Below, in pieces: positions 1-9,066 of a stretch of 64,000 nucleotides of DNA (position 1 is the stretch's first letter; each line of letters begins with the position of its first letter). The stretch lies in the NCBI GenBank assembly GCA_964384965.1, contig CAYLLR010000001.1, positions 2,568-66,567 on the forward strand. The letters are read 5' to 3'. Made by a program: the position numbers and the translations under genes. The notes below the pieces were generated by a model. It did not search any database and had not been told where the DNA came from. It worked only from the letters and a program-made list of their open reading frames with translations. The stretch comes from Candidatus Woesearchaeota archaeon. Lineage in GTDB: Archaea > Nanobdellota > Nanobdellia > Pacearchaeales > GW2011-AR1.

Positions 1-627
1 ATTTCTGAAAATGAAAATGTATCTAGTTGCTTATATAGCTTAGATTCGAATTCAAATGTGACGATGAATCGGTTTAATGATAGTTATTTTTGGTATGAAC
101 CGAGTTTGGGTCCGGGACCTCATGAATTAACCTATTATTGTAACGATACAAGCAATAATTGGGGAACAAATTCAACTAATTTTACAATTTTAAATAGTGC
201 TGCTATTTCGATTTTGTTATCGGATAATTTGACGGGGGGAGTAAAATGGAATGTCGTTTCATTGCCCATTAATGATTTGGATGCAGAAGGAAATAATTTG
301 AATTCCTCTACTTATTATATGGTTAATGTTTCTGCCACGAATACATTGGTGGATTTGTATCTTAAAGCCGATGGAGATTTGCATAATGAGGCTTTGGATG
401 TTTTAGGGTTGGGCAATGAAACTTATTCGACAAGTTTGAATGATTCGACGGTTATGAATAGTTCAAAAGTTGTAATGACAACAAACTATACTTTAATTGG
501 AAGTGCGATGGGAGATAATTCTGTCGTCTATTTGAAATTTTATCTGGACGCTCCGTCAAATCAACCAGCCGGAACATATAATAATTCTCTCTCTTTCAAA
601 GCAGTTCGGAATGGGCAGACTCCTTAA
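1..627 (+). CDS. Secreted sequon-rich surface protein, first of three tandem paralogs; 5'-truncated by the window edge (frame is open from nt 1).
   Basis: Frame 1 has no stop from position 1. The C-terminal half aligns with the ORFs at 676 and 1335 (..LGLGNETYS..Y..F.LD.P..QP.G.YNNS.SFK.V). Many N-x-S/T sequons. Confidence 0.5.
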   Translation: MSENENVSSCLYSLDSNSNVTMNRFNDSYFWYEPSLGPGPHELTYYCNDTSNNWGTNSTNFTILNSAAISILLSDNLTGGVKWNVVSLPINDLDAEGNNLNSSTYYMVNVSATNTLVDLYLKADGDLHNEALDVLGLGNETYSTSLNDSTVMNSSKVVMTTNYTLIGSAMGDNSVVYLKFYLDAPSNQPAGTYNNSLSFKAVRNGQTP

Positions 628-675
628 TTTTTAATTTTCTAAAAAACAAAGTATTTAAAATTCAATTTCATTTGG

Positions 676-1272
676 ATGTTCATGGGAAAGTTTTTGAAAT
701 ATAAAAAAGAAATTTTGTTAGTTTTAATTATCTTAATTTCTTTGCTGTTCTTAACTTTTGAAAATTTTGGAAATGTCACAGGGAATATAGCAGAGGGCTC
801 TACCCCTTCAAATGTCAGTGTCTCCAAATATTTAGCTATTTCATTTAGTCCAAGTCTTGCGGAAGGTATTCAATTCGGAAGCGTTTCATTTTTGCCGGCG
901 ACGGATGTGAATGCGACTCACGATTATGATGGTTTAAATAATGGGACCACTTTTTATATAAATGTTTCAACAGACGGAAATTCAAAGGTGGATTTTTGTA
1001 TAAAAGCTAATGCGGGTCTTACGAGTGCAGCGTCGGACGTTATCGGTCTGGGGAACGAAACTTATTCAAATTCCACATCAACAAATTCAACAATTCCTCC
1101 TTTAACCAGTCAAACCGCTTTGACGACGGCTTATGTAAAATCAGGAGTGGGTGTTGCTGTTGGTTCCAACGAATATTGGAGATTTTGGTTGGACATTCCC
1201 GCCGCTCAACCAAGTGGGGATTATAACAATTCAGTTTCATTCAAGGGAGTTGTTTCGGGGGTTTCTTGCTAA
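676..1272 (+). CDS. Secreted or surface glycoprotein paralog with N-terminal signal/TM segment and many N-x-S/T sequons.
   Basis: N-terminal KYKKE followed by a hydrophobic stretch. The C-terminal 94 aa are identical to the ORF ending at 1928. Confidence 0.6.
   Translation: MFMGKFLKYKKEILLVLIILISLLFLTFENFGNVTGNIAEGSTPSNVSVSKYLAISFSPSLAEGIQFGSVSFLPATDVNATHDYDGLNNGTTFYINVSTDGNSKVDFCIKANAGLTSAASDVIGLGNETYSNSTSTNSTIPPLTSQTALTTAYVKSGVGVAVGSNEYWRFWLDIPAAQPSGDYNNSVSFKGVVSGVSC
991..1272. repeat. 282-bp perfect direct repeat, copy 1 (3' end of the paralog gene up to the stop codon).
   Basis: Identical to 1647..1928, offset 656. Identical antisense ORFs at 1040..1240 and 1696..1896 confirm this. Identity starts at the codon for D of DFCIKANAG and ends exactly at the stop. 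Confidence 0.85.
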
Positions 1273-1334
1273 TGTTCCAAAAATTAACGAAGAATTTAAA
1301 AAAGAGAATTCCCTTTAAAAATAGTGGAATTAAA

Positions 1335-1928
1335 ATGAGAAATGAGGGTAATTTTGACGGGAGATTTAGTACATTTTTGGTCTTTGTAATTGCTTTAGCA
1401 TTTTTTTTATTTCTCTTTGAAAGTTTTTCAATTACAGGTAATGCCACAGAAGGAAGCACAATCTCAAATGTTTCGATTGCTAAATATCTTGCAATTTCTT
1501 TTAGTTCCAATCTGTCAGAGGGAATTCTTTTTGGAAATGTGGCCGCGTTGCCTTCCGTAGACATAAATGCAACCCACAATTATGACGGAACGAGCGGAGG
1601 TTCCAGTTTTTTCATTTCTGTTTCTAACGACAGTAATACGGCGATTGATTTTTGTATAAAAGCTAATGCGGGTCTTACGAGTGCAGCGTCGGACGTTATC
1701 GGTCTGGGGAACGAAACTTATTCAAATTCCACATCAACAAATTCAACAATTCCTCCTTTAACCAGTCAAACCGCTTTGACGACGGCTTATGTAAAATCAG
1801 GAGTGGGTGTTGCTGTTGGTTCCAACGAATATTGGAGATTTTGGTTGGACATTCCCGCCGCTCAACCAAGTGGGGATTATAACAATTCAGTTTCATTCAA
1901 GGGAGTTGTTTCGGGGGTTTCTTGCTAA
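1335..1928 (+). CDS. Surface glycoprotein paralog. The ORF track starts at 1266; Met at 1335 is the more plausible start.
   Basis: Same architecture as the 676 ORF (MRNEGNFDG + hydrophobic segment + sequon-rich domain). The 3' end is identical to the 676 ORF. Confidence 0.6.
   Translation: MRNEGNFDGRFSTFLVFVIALAFFLFLFESFSITGNATEGSTISNVSIAKYLAISFSSNLSEGILFGNVAALPSVDINATHNYDGTSGGSSFFISVSNDSNTAIDFCIKANAGLTSAASDVIGLGNETYSNSTSTNSTIPPLTSQTALTTAYVKSGVGVAVGSNEYWRFWLDIPAAQPSGDYNNSVSFKGVVSGVSC
1647..1928. repeat. 282-bp perfect direct repeat, copy 2.
   Basis: See copy 1 (991..1272). Confidence 0.85.
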
Positions 1929-1974
1929 AATGAAAATGATTAAAAAGAGGCGTGATTTAAATTAAATAAAGAAA

Positions 1975-2577
1975 ATGAAAAAAGTGGTGATGGGATTGGG
2001 AATTTTAGTTGTTCTTATGTTATCAATTTTTCCATTGGTTTCTGCAGGAGTTGGAGTTAGTTGGAATAAAGAAACCGCACTTATTCCGGAGAAATCCGAT
2101 GTTTGTTTAACATATGGAGTTTATAATCCTTGGCCGAAAGATTCTTATATCAAGATAAAACTTTCCGATTCTCTTAAGGAAATTGTCGAGTCGTCGGACG
2201 CGAAGGTGGACAGCATCCCGAAATATACCTATAGTAATTCATCTATTCCTGTTAAGTTTTGTTTTAGAACTCCCGATGTTTATAAGGAAGATTGTTTGCT
2301 TTTTGATAAGTTTTTGTGTAAACAGACTTGTAGTGAACCAATAAAAATTTATTCCGGAGAATTGGAGGTTCTGGAAGTAAATGAGGCGACCGTCAAATCG
2401 GGAGGGAGTGGAGGTTCTTCGACTTCTATGTCTGTCTCAGCGCCTCTTAGGGTTAAAGTTCAGTGTCTTAAACATGCAAGAAATTATAGTTTGATTTATC
2501 TTCTAGTTGGATTAATTGCATTATTAATCTTAATTTGGAGAATTTATGTTAGGAAGAAAGGCAAAAGGAAGAAGTAG
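1975..2577 (+). CDS. Membrane-anchored surface protein with signal peptide, Ser/Gly linker, C-terminal TM and basic tail.
   Basis: N-terminal MKKVVMGLGILVVLMLSIFPLVSA. C-terminal LIYLLVGLIALLILIW followed by RIYVRKKGKRKK. Confidence 0.55.
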   Translation: MKKVVMGLGILVVLMLSIFPLVSAGVGVSWNKETALIPEKSDVCLTYGVYNPWPKDSYIKIKLSDSLKEIVESSDAKVDSIPKYTYSNSSIPVKFCFRTPDVYKEDCLLFDKFLCKQTCSEPIKIYSGELEVLEVNEATVKSGGSGGSSTSMSVSAPLRVKVQCLKHARNYSLIYLLVGLIALLILIWRIYVRKKGKRKK

Positions 2578-2885
2578 TTTATTTAAACCTCTTCTAAAAT
2601 TTCCTCAAAAAATTGATTAACAATTTATGAATATATAATTCAATTTTCCGAATATTTAGATTGATTACTTTGTAAACTTTTCCATTGGTTTATTTATAAG
2701 AACTTCCGATTTTAAGATTGATTGAGGCGTGTAATTTTGAGAAAGGAACTTTTTCTTTTCCCAACTCATTTTTAATTCACTTCTTTATCTCAAGTTTTTG
2801 AAAAAGTTCTTAATTGTTCCGATTTTTCTACTATTGGCTAAAAGGTTGTTTCGGAAATAATTAAAAACTATTTTTTACTCTCTTT

Positions 2886-4415
2886 TTGATGAGAGTGATG
2901 AAAAAATTTTTAAAATTTAGGTTGGGTAGAGAATTTCTTTTTTTTCTTTTGCTCCTCTTAAATATTAGTTTAATTTTTGCAATTACCGGGTTTGCAACCG
3001 AACAAATTTCTCCTTCCAATGTTACAGTCCAGCCTTTTGTGGTGTTGAGAGATAGTTACGACGGAGTTAGTTCTAATTTTACAGGACTTAATGAAAGTAT
3101 TTTAAGAAATATGTCTTCGGTTGTTTTGGAAAATACGACCTATGGTAAAATAGAATTTAATGAGAATTTAGATTTGGTTACAATGGGGGGTTCTAATCTT
3201 ACGGTTAATTTTGATAGAGACATAAACATTTCAGACAATTTAATTTATGTTGATAATTATTATCTTCCTGGAATTAATAAATCAGCAAATTTGTCGTTGT
3301 ATGGGATTACTCTCACAACTCCCGTAATTTATCATAATGCAGTGGTTTGTACGGATTGTACACTTATTAGCTATTCGTCCGGAATTTACAAATTTAAAGT
3401 TGATTCTTTTAGCGGACCGTATTATTTAAGAGAGGGAAGTGTTTCCCCCGTTTGTGGTAATGGAGTTTGTGAATCTGGAGAAAGCACCTCTACCTGTCCC
3501 TCAGATTGTCCTTCTTCTGGAGGGGGAGGTGGAGGAGGGGGAGGCGGATCAGCTGCAAAAGAAACTCAAATTCCGACGACAGGCAATTCCCAGTATGATT
3601 TTTCAGTTAATCCTTCATTTTTTCAGGTTAGGATGAATAAGGGAACTTATTACCAAAAAAAGATTAATGTAACAAATAATGGGACAAATGCACTTACAAT
3701 TTTTATTTCTGTTGAAGGTCTTGAAAAATTTATTTTTCCGGAGGTAGGTTCTTTTACCCTGAAAGCTGGAGAATCAAAACTTTTGAGATTTGATATTTAT
3801 GTTTCTAGTTCAAGACCCTCGGATGTTTATACCGGAAAAATTAATTTTAAAGCAAGTCAGCTAAGGAAAGAGTCGCAAGTTGTTTTGCAGGTTTTGGAGA
3901 GGGACGCATTCTTTGACATTCGCACACAGGTTCTGAAAAAATATATTCCTCCCGGAGGAAGGGTTAGAGCAAATATAAGTTTAATTAATATGGGAGATTT
4001 AAGGAATTTTGATGTTCAGTTAGAGTATAAGATAATTGATTTTGATAAGAATGAATATACACTAAAAAAAGAAGACTTTGCTATTGAAAAATATTATAAT
4101 AATATTTTTTATTTGGATTTGCCAAAAAACATGTCCATCGGGAATTACTTATTTTATTCAAAAGTAAGATATAAAAATGTAACTGCTTCAAGTTATGACA
4201 CTTTTGTCGTCGAAGAAATTTCTACATTTTCTTGGATTCTTTTAATAATAATTATCCTAATTGCAATATATTTGGTATATCGGATTTATAGAGGAAAAAA
4301 AGCGAAATTTAAATTTAATTTCAAAAAGGGAACTAAAGGTTTTGGGACTCAAGAACAAAAAGTGAATAAACAACTTCCTGTAGAAGTTCCAAAATTACCG
4401 GAGGAGTTAGAATAA
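2886..4415 (+). CDS. Large surface protein with signal peptide, Cys-rich CGNGVCE..CPSDC module, poly-Gly linker, C-terminal TM anchor and basic tail.
   Basis: Hydrophobic N-terminus. Motif VCGNGVCESGESTSTCPSDCPSS, then GGGGGGGGGGS. C-terminal ILLIIIILIAIYLVYRIYRGKK. Confidence 0.6.
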   Translation: MMRVMKKFLKFRLGREFLFFLLLLLNISLIFAITGFATEQISPSNVTVQPFVVLRDSYDGVSSNFTGLNESILRNMSSVVLENTTYGKIEFNENLDLVTMGGSNLTVNFDRDINISDNLIYVDNYYLPGINKSANLSLYGITLTTPVIYHNAVVCTDCTLISYSSGIYKFKVDSFSGPYYLREGSVSPVCGNGVCESGESTSTCPSDCPSSGGGGGGGGGGSAAKETQIPTTGNSQYDFSVNPSFFQVRMNKGTYYQKKINVTNNGTNALTIFISVEGLEKFIFPEVGSFTLKAGESKLLRFDIYVSSSRPSDVYTGKINFKASQLRKESQVVLQVLERDAFFDIRTQVLKKYIPPGGRVRANISLINMGDLRNFDVQLEYKIIDFDKNEYTLKKEDFAIEKYYNNIFYLDLPKNMSIGNYLFYSKVRYKNVTASSYDTFVVEEISTFSWILLIIIILIAIYLVYRIYRGKKAKFKFNFKKGTKGFGTQEQKVNKQLPVEVPKLPEELE

Positions 4416-4604
4416 AATTTAAGAGACTTTAGAATAAAAAAATCTTAAAATAAAGAGTAGGATAAAAATATTTCTTTTTAGATAATTGTTTTGCTTGGTT
4501 TATTTTAGTATTGCTGATTTTAAGAGATAATTCTCTTTCATTAACCTTTAGAATAATTTTTTCAAATAAAAAGTAATATAAATATCTTCTTTCTTCTGAG
4601 TTTT

Positions 4605-5789
4605 ATGTTAATTGGTCTTATAGGGAAACCTTCGGTTGGAAAGAGCACTTTTTTCAAGGCTGCGACTTTAGCGGAAGTTGAAATTGCTTCTTATCCTTTT
4701 ACTACGATAAAAGCAAATCACGGGGTGGGATATGTAAAAGTTGATTGTGTAGAAAAGGACTTTGGAGTAAAATGTAATCCCAATCATGGTTTTTGTATTG
4801 ATGGGAAAAGATTTGTTCCTATAGATTTAATGGATGTTGCAGGACTTGTTCCCGGAGCAAGTGAAGGAAAGGGTCTTGGAAATCAATTTTTGGACGATCT
4901 TCGTCAGGCAGATGCTTTTATTCATATTGTAGATGTTTCCGGAACAACCGATTCTGAGGGGAAGTTGACAAAGAATCACGATCCCTCTGTGGACATTCTT
5001 TTTCTTGAAGATGAATTAAACAAATGGTATTACAACATTCTAATGAAAGTTTGGGCTTCTTTTTCTCGGAAGGTAGATATGGAAGGAAGGAAATTAAGCG
5101 AGGCTGTCGCGAAGCAGTTTTCTGGACTTAAAGTTAATGAGGAACAAGTGAGAGAAGTTTTACGAAAATTAAATTTAAGTGAAAAATCCAGTTTATGGAA
5201 AGAAGAAGAGGTGATGAAATTTGCCGAGGGATTAAGGAAAATTTCTAAACCCATGATTATTGCTGCAAATAAAATTGATGTTGAAGGAGGAGAAGAAAAT
5301 TATAAAAAATTAAAAGAAAATTTTTCTGATTTGATTGTTATTCCTTGTTCTGCGGATTCTGAACTTGCTCTTCGTCAAGCGGCTAAAGCGGAGTTAATAA
5401 ATTATATTCCGGGAGAAAGAGATTTTGTTATTTTAAGGAATCTAAATGAAAAGCAAAAAGAAGCTTTGGAAAAAATCAAGAAAAATGTTTTAGAAAAATA
5501 TGAATTTGGAACGGGGGTACAAGAAATTTTAAATGTAGCAGTTTTTGATTTGCTTGGTTACATTCCAATTTTTCCTGCTGGAGCAAACAAATTAGGAGAT
5601 AGTAAAGGGAATATTCTTCCCGATTGTTTTTTACTTCCTCCGGATTCAACAGCCCTCGATTTTGCTTATTTTTTGCACACGGATTTTGGTAAAAATTTTA
5701 TTAAAGCAATCAATGCTCGGACGAAGATGGCTCTTGGAAAAGATTATAAATTAAAGCCAGGAGATGCTTTGGAGATAATTACTCGTTAA
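4605..5789 (+). CDS. Obg-like GTPase of the YchF/Ygr210 family with C-terminal TGS-like domain.
   Basis: G1 GLIGKPSVGKST, G3 DVAGLV, G4 NKID. Conserved GLGNQFLDDLRQADAFIHIVD block. Confidence 0.8.
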   Translation: MLIGLIGKPSVGKSTFFKAATLAEVEIASYPFTTIKANHGVGYVKVDCVEKDFGVKCNPNHGFCIDGKRFVPIDLMDVAGLVPGASEGKGLGNQFLDDLRQADAFIHIVDVSGTTDSEGKLTKNHDPSVDILFLEDELNKWYYNILMKVWASFSRKVDMEGRKLSEAVAKQFSGLKVNEEQVREVLRKLNLSEKSSLWKEEEVMKFAEGLRKISKPMIIAANKIDVEGGEENYKKLKENFSDLIVIPCSADSELALRQAAKAELINYIPGERDFVILRNLNEKQKEALEKIKKNVLEKYEFGTGVQEILNVAVFDLLGYIPIFPAGANKLGDSKGNILPDCFLLPPDSTALDFAYFLHTDFGKNFIKAINARTKMALGKDYKLKPGDALEIITR

Positions 5790-5790
5790 G

Positions 5791-6156
5791 ATGAAATCCA
5801 ATTTTAAAAAAAATAAATTTTTGAATTTTCTTCAGTCGGCCTTTTTCAGTTCTATCTTTTATTATTCTATTTCGATAAGTTTTTCTAATCAAAAAGAAAA
5901 AATACCTTATGAGTTATATTTTCAAAATTTTTACAAACCCAAAATAGAGGTAGTAAGAAATTATTTTGATTATGACAAGAGCGGTTCAATTGATTCTCCC
6001 GATGAATTGAAAGATTTATCGAGGGTTATTGGGGTCAATGAAAAAGATTTGTTTGTCAAACAAAACCTAAATTATTATTTTTATCTTGCTTACAATTCTT
6101 TATCAAAACAAGGTAAATTAAAAAATAGAAATACGGATAATGAAAATAAAAATTAA
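5791..6156 (+). CDS. Hypothetical protein containing an EF-hand-like loop (DYDKSGSIDSPDE).
   Basis: ORF only. The loop matches D-x-D-x-S-G-x-I-x-x-x-[DE]. Confidence 0.3.
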   Translation: MKSNFKKNKFLNFLQSAFFSSIFYYSISISFSNQKEKIPYELYFQNFYKPKIEVVRNYFDYDKSGSIDSPDELKDLSRVIGVNEKDLFVKQNLNYYFYLAYNSLSKQGKLKNRNTDNENKN

Positions 6157-6352
6157 ATTGCATCCCGGTTCTTCTCAAGAGAAGATTTTTAAAATTTCTA
6201 AAAAAGAGTATGAAGTTTGGTTAAAAGAAAGGGCAATGGAAAATAGGGCGAATAAAAGATTGTTAAAATTTTTAAAAAAATATTTTAAAGCAAATGTTGA
6301 ATTTGTTTCTGGTTTTAATTCTAAAATTAAGTTTTTTGAAATTGGATTATGA
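6140..6352 (+). CDS. DUF167/YggU (UPF0235)-like small protein.
   Basis: Pattern ..ENRANKRLLKFLKKYF..VEFVSGFNSKIKFFEI resembles the GKAN...L..L....V.IVSG.TSR.K core of DUF167. Confidence 0.5.
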   Translation: MKIKIKLHPGSSQEKIFKISKKEYEVWLKERAMENRANKRLLKFLKKYFKANVEFVSGFNSKIKFFEIGL

Positions 6353-6721
6353 GGATTTTAAGAAAAAATTTATTCAGAGAAAGGATTAATTTTTTCAGTT
6401 TCTTCCAATAACTTTTTGTATTCGAGGCTTTTTTCGGGGTTTTCTACAGCATACAGAAAAAGATTGGATAAATAATTTAATTTTGATATAGGATAATTTA
6501 CAAAATATTCTTTTTGATAATCACTTAATTGTTTGTATTTTTCAAAGATTTCAATATGGGAAGAGGTATCTTTTTTACGGTCTGAATTTTCTTTTTTATT
6601 ATTTTTTTTCTATCAAATTTTTTAAATTTTCCAAGAAGTCAAATCAATTTCTTTAGTTTTTTCATTTTTTATGATTTTTATCAGGGATATAATTTTTTTA
6701 GGAGTCCAAAGTTTTTAAAGA

Positions 6722-7258
6722 TTAATGACCCGGACACAATATTTCAAATTTTAATTTCTTGATAAATTCAAGAGATTCCTTCATTTTTTCCGGGGACGAT
6801 TCTGGAAAATCAGTTCTTCCAATATATCCCTTATGGAACAAAGTGTCTCCAGAGAACAAAATATTTTTGTAAAGAATGGTTATATCTCCTTGGGTATGAC
6901 CAGGAGTTTTATAGATTTTAAGGTTTTTATCCCGGAGATTTTCTATGGGAAGTATCTTTTTTAGTTTCGTCTGTGAATGGTCTTTATTAATCATATTTGT
7001 AAAATTTCCATAAACTTTTGCGTTCGGGAAAATATTTATGTTTTCACTATGATCATAATGCGCATGTGTTAAAATTATAGTATTTATTTCTTCGGGTTTT
7101 AAGTTCAGAGAAGATAGTGAATCAATTAATTCAGAAGAATTATCCTTTGAGGAGGTATCTATTAGAATGTTCTTGTCCGTGAATTTTATTAGATAAACAA
7201 TTGAACCCTCATTTTTGAAATTAATTTCGGTCACATTTTTGGAAATTTTTGTTATCAT
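6722..7258 (-). CDS. Metallo-beta-lactamase fold hydrolase (glyoxalase II-like).
   Basis: THAHYDHS, TPGHTQGD, SGDTLFHKGYIGRTDF and C-terminal CPGH motifs. Confidence 0.8.
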   Translation of the reverse strand: MITKISKNVTEINFKNEGSIVYLIKFTDKNILIDTSSKDNSSELIDSLSSLNLKPEEINTIILTHAHYDHSENINIFPNAKVYGNFTNMINKDHSQTKLKKILPIENLRDKNLKIYKTPGHTQGDITILYKNILFSGDTLFHKGYIGRTDFPESSPEKMKESLEFIKKLKFEILCPGH

Positions 7259-7305
7259 AGATTTAATAACAAAACTAATATAAACTTATTAATTTTTTCC
7301 TTTTC

Positions 7306-7671
7306 ATGAAAGTTTTATCTTTAAAACAGCCCTTCGCTGAATTAGTGGTTTCTGGAAGAAAAACAATTGAATTAAGAAGATGGAATACAAAATTTAGGGG
7401 AAAATTTTTAATTCATGCTTCTAAAATTCCAGATTCAAAAGCTATGAAAAAATTTAAATTTAAAAAATTACCTCTTGGAGTTATAGTCGGAAAAACTGAA
7501 TTAATTGAAGTTAAAAAATATGAAAATGATTTTGAACATAAGAAAGATAAGAAAAGACATTTAGCTGATTCTTCGTGGGGTAAATATGGTTTTGTTTTGA
7601 AAAATGCTAAAAGAATTAAACCAATTAAAGCAAAAGGAAAATTAAATTTTTGGGAGTTTGATTTAAGATGA
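7306..7671 (+). CDS. ASCH domain protein.
   Basis: LSLKQPFAELVVSGRKTIELRRW is typical of the ASCH N-terminus. Overlaps the next ORF by 4 nt. Confidence 0.6.
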   Translation: MKVLSLKQPFAELVVSGRKTIELRRWNTKFRGKFLIHASKIPDSKAMKKFKFKKLPLGVIVGKTELIEVKKYENDFEHKKDKKRHLADSSWGKYGFVLKNAKRIKPIKAKGKLNFWEFDLR

Positions 7672-8081
7672 AATATGAATTTTCTCCGAGTTTGCAGGTT
7701 CTTGCCGAGGACATTGCGAGGAGGATTTTTCCACATATAAAAATTGAGAGAGTAAAATGTTTTAGAAGTTATGGTTCTTCGACGAAGCATACAATTGCGA
7801 GGTGTCATGCGTTGGGAAAAATTATGCAAGAAGCGATGGGGGTTGACGCCTTTTATGCTTTGGAATTTCTTGGAGAAAAATTCAATAAAATGAAAAAAGA
7901 GGAAAAAATAAAAGTAGTTATTCATGAACTTATGCATATTCCAGAAAGTTTCGGAGGGGGGTTTAAGAATCATAATGTTGTGACAGATAAGAATATTAAG
8001 GAGTGTTATAAGGTTTATCTTGATTGTGTTAAAAATGAAAAAAAAATTGATTGGTTTAAATTTAAAAGGAAAAAAAATTAA
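7668..8081 (+). CDS. Putative HExxH zinc metallohydrolase (DUF45/YgjP-like).
   Basis: VIHELMHIPESFGGGF motif. Confidence 0.4.
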   Translation: MKYEFSPSLQVLAEDIARRIFPHIKIERVKCFRSYGSSTKHTIARCHALGKIMQEAMGVDAFYALEFLGEKFNKMKKEEKIKVVIHELMHIPESFGGGFKNHNVVTDKNIKECYKVYLDCVKNEKKIDWFKFKRKKN

Positions 8082-8391
8082 ACTTGAAACTTTTGTCGTT
8101 CCATTTTGGCGTAAAGGAATTGGTTTAATGTTTCAGCGTCGGGAAAAAGCGAAAGCTTTGGTTTTTGAATTCAAAAGTCCTGTAAAAATGGCAATTCATT
8201 CTTGGTTTGTTTTTTTCCCTTTTTTTGCAATTTGGTTAGATTCAAAAAATAAAGTTCTTAGTTATAAAATTGTCAAGCCCTTTGAATTTAATATTTTACC
8301 TTCGAAAAAATTTGTTAAGCTCGTTGAAGTGCCAATCAGTAAAAAGTATAAAGTTCTTGGACTTCCGTCGATTAAAGAAAGATTTAAATAG
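8020..8391 (+). CDS. DUF192-like protein.
   Basis: KGIGLMFQRREKA..ALVFEF..PV..AIHSWFVFFPFFAIWLDSKNKV...VKLVEVP fits the DUF192 pattern. Confidence 0.5.
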   Translation: MIVLKMKKKLIGLNLKGKKIKLETFVVPFWRKGIGLMFQRREKAKALVFEFKSPVKMAIHSWFVFFPFFAIWLDSKNKVLSYKIVKPFEFNILPSKKFVKLVEVPISKKYKVLGLPSIKERFK

Positions 8392-8460
8392 GAGTTTTGT
8401 TTTATTTAATTAGAAAAATAATTCCTTTTTATAGAGGAATTTATATTCGGAAAAAAGGAG

Positions 8461-8730
8461 GTGAGTGTAATGGGGAAAATAATAGTTAAAAAGGCTGTTG
8501 TAAGGAAGCCTGGACACCTTTACTACATCGACGCTAAAGGAAACGTTTGTGAAGCTAAGATGGCTAGAGGGGGAAAGAAAAAGAAAAAGGCTGCTAAGAA
8601 AAAACCAGCTAAAAGAAAGGTTGCCAAAAGAAAGCCGGCTAAAAGAGTTGCTAAAAAGAAACCAGCTAAAAGAAAGGCTGCTAAGAAAAAACCAGCTAAA
8701 AGAAAGCCGGTTAAAAGAAAAAGGAGATAA
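8461..8730 (+). CDS. Small lysine-rich basic protein: a 35-aa N-terminal domain plus a tail of tandem KKPAKRK(A/V)A repeats. Candidate nucleic-acid-binding protein.
   Basis: Five or more tandem peptide repeats. A 31-bp exact DNA repeat at 8589..8619 and 8675..8705. Shine-Dalgarno-like aggaggtg lies upstream. Confidence 0.55.
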   Translation: MSVMGKIIVKKAVVRKPGHLYYIDAKGNVCEAKMARGGKKKKKAAKKKPAKRKVAKRKPAKRVAKKKPAKRKAAKKKPAKRKPVKRKRR

Positions 8731-9066
8731 TTTCTTAAGAAGCAATTTTTAGGGGGTTTGCTTTTTTAGAAAATTCTTCTGGGTAATATGGAGGTGTTTT
8801 AAGCTTTTTTGGTTTTTTATTTTACAATTTTTATTTTTTTGTTCTGGAAGTGTTTTGTGATGTTTTTTATTTTTTTTGTTTTGAGTAAATTAAGGGAAAG
8901 GGGGTTTGTTGTTTTTGCGAAATTTTTTTATAATGAATGATTTTTAATTTTTGGAGTCCCACCACAAGAAAAATTTTATAAATTTAGGATTTAATTTTTC
9001 AAGTTTTTTAGTGTCAATTGCCTTTTTTATTTTTGATTCTTTTAAGGTTAATTTTAAATAATTGTC

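Noticed and set aside
1040-1240. Antisense 66-aa ORFs (1040..1240 and 1696..1896). Similar antisense ORFs lie within rad50, sufC, aCPSF1 and gyrase (for example 57495..57950, 37734..38297, 55203..55526, 16120..16356).
   Set aside because: They lie opposite strongly supported genes and have low-complexity translations. They are artefacts of AT-rich sequence. Their identity here simply reflects the 282-bp repeat.
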